Source of the DNA: Amoebidium appalachense
Taxonomy: Eukaryota; Protista; Ichthyosporea
NCBI GenBank assembly: GCA_963693365.1
Contig: CAVNZM010000012.1
Coordinates: 1,240,001-1,304,000 of the forward strand
Direction of reading: 5' to 3'
DNA length: 64,000 bases
Of the stretch, positions 63,424 through 64,000 are shown piece by piece (the stretch's first letter is position 1; the number at the start of each line of letters is the position of its first letter). A program made the translations under genes and the position numbers. A model generated the notes under the pieces. It saw only the letters and a program-made list of their open reading frames with translations, had not been told where the DNA came from and did no database searches.

Positions 63424-64000
63424 CACACGTCAATATTTATAAAACAATAAAAAAAGTAGGAATATAGATCTTTATCGGTGATATTGTAAGATGTGAGTGC
63501 AGTACATACAGTGACTGTGCAGTACATACAGTGACTGATGGAATGGCAGCTAGACGCACATACACACACCCACATACACATGCACACACACACACAGACA
63601 CACACACACAGACACACACACACACACAGCTCCTCCTCCTCCTGGGGAGGAGTGTATATTTTGCTTTGAAGAACATTGCAACGTTAACGCTGGTTAATCG
63701 GTTCAGCCTGTTTCAAAACCGAACATCGATCGTCTGCCCAGGGCTCTGGAAAACAGTTGTGTTACTACTGCTGAACATAGGTCTATGATGCAAACTGGAA
63801 ATTCAGAGTTTATTGCAGGTGTGGATGTCTGGGACCTTCACGATTCCATCACCTCGTAAAACCGGTACATCGTGATTGGAATTGTAAGCCTCCCGGAGTC
63901 TTTTCGTGGCCCTGTATGGCCGACGATGTTTGGCTCTGAAAAAGGTCGACCCGATGACCGGATACTGCGACGTGCTCTACGCATATCATTGAATCCTTCG

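Noticed and set aside
63780-64000. Possible start of a plus-strand gene at the window end
   Set aside because: Too little sequence and no recognisable product.

Overview
This is intron-rich eukaryotic genomic DNA. It is probably from a unicellular opisthokont such as an ichthyosporean, but that is inference only. Most ORF-track entries are translations of (CA)n/(GT)n and poly-C/G microsatellites. Manual GT-AG splicing recovers six genes: an NhaC-family Na+/H+ antiporter (+, 5' end not resolved), an Agd3-like secreted polysaccharide deacetylase with an in-frame TAG (-), a PHO84/Pht1-type phosphate:H+ symporter (-), a membrane-anchored protein with an alginate-lyase (PF05426-like) domain (-), TSR2 (+) and amidophosphoribosyltransferase ADE4/purF (-, 15 coding exons). 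A microsatellite-poor island at about 35.6-42.5 kb holds LINE remnants, two tRNA-derived SINE copies, a MITE-like inverted-repeat cluster and a piggyBac-like fragment. A 1.1-kb TIR element sits just behind the TSR2 stop codon. Three patterns stand out. First, a dispersed family of 100-150 nt intronic elements headed by CCCTGA(G/T)GATGGGCTCTG always lies sense to the host gene and next to poly-C. Second, (CA)nG and (GT)n microsatellites directly form splice sites. Third, decaying tandem 'echoes' of exon ends with their splice sites lie inside introns.
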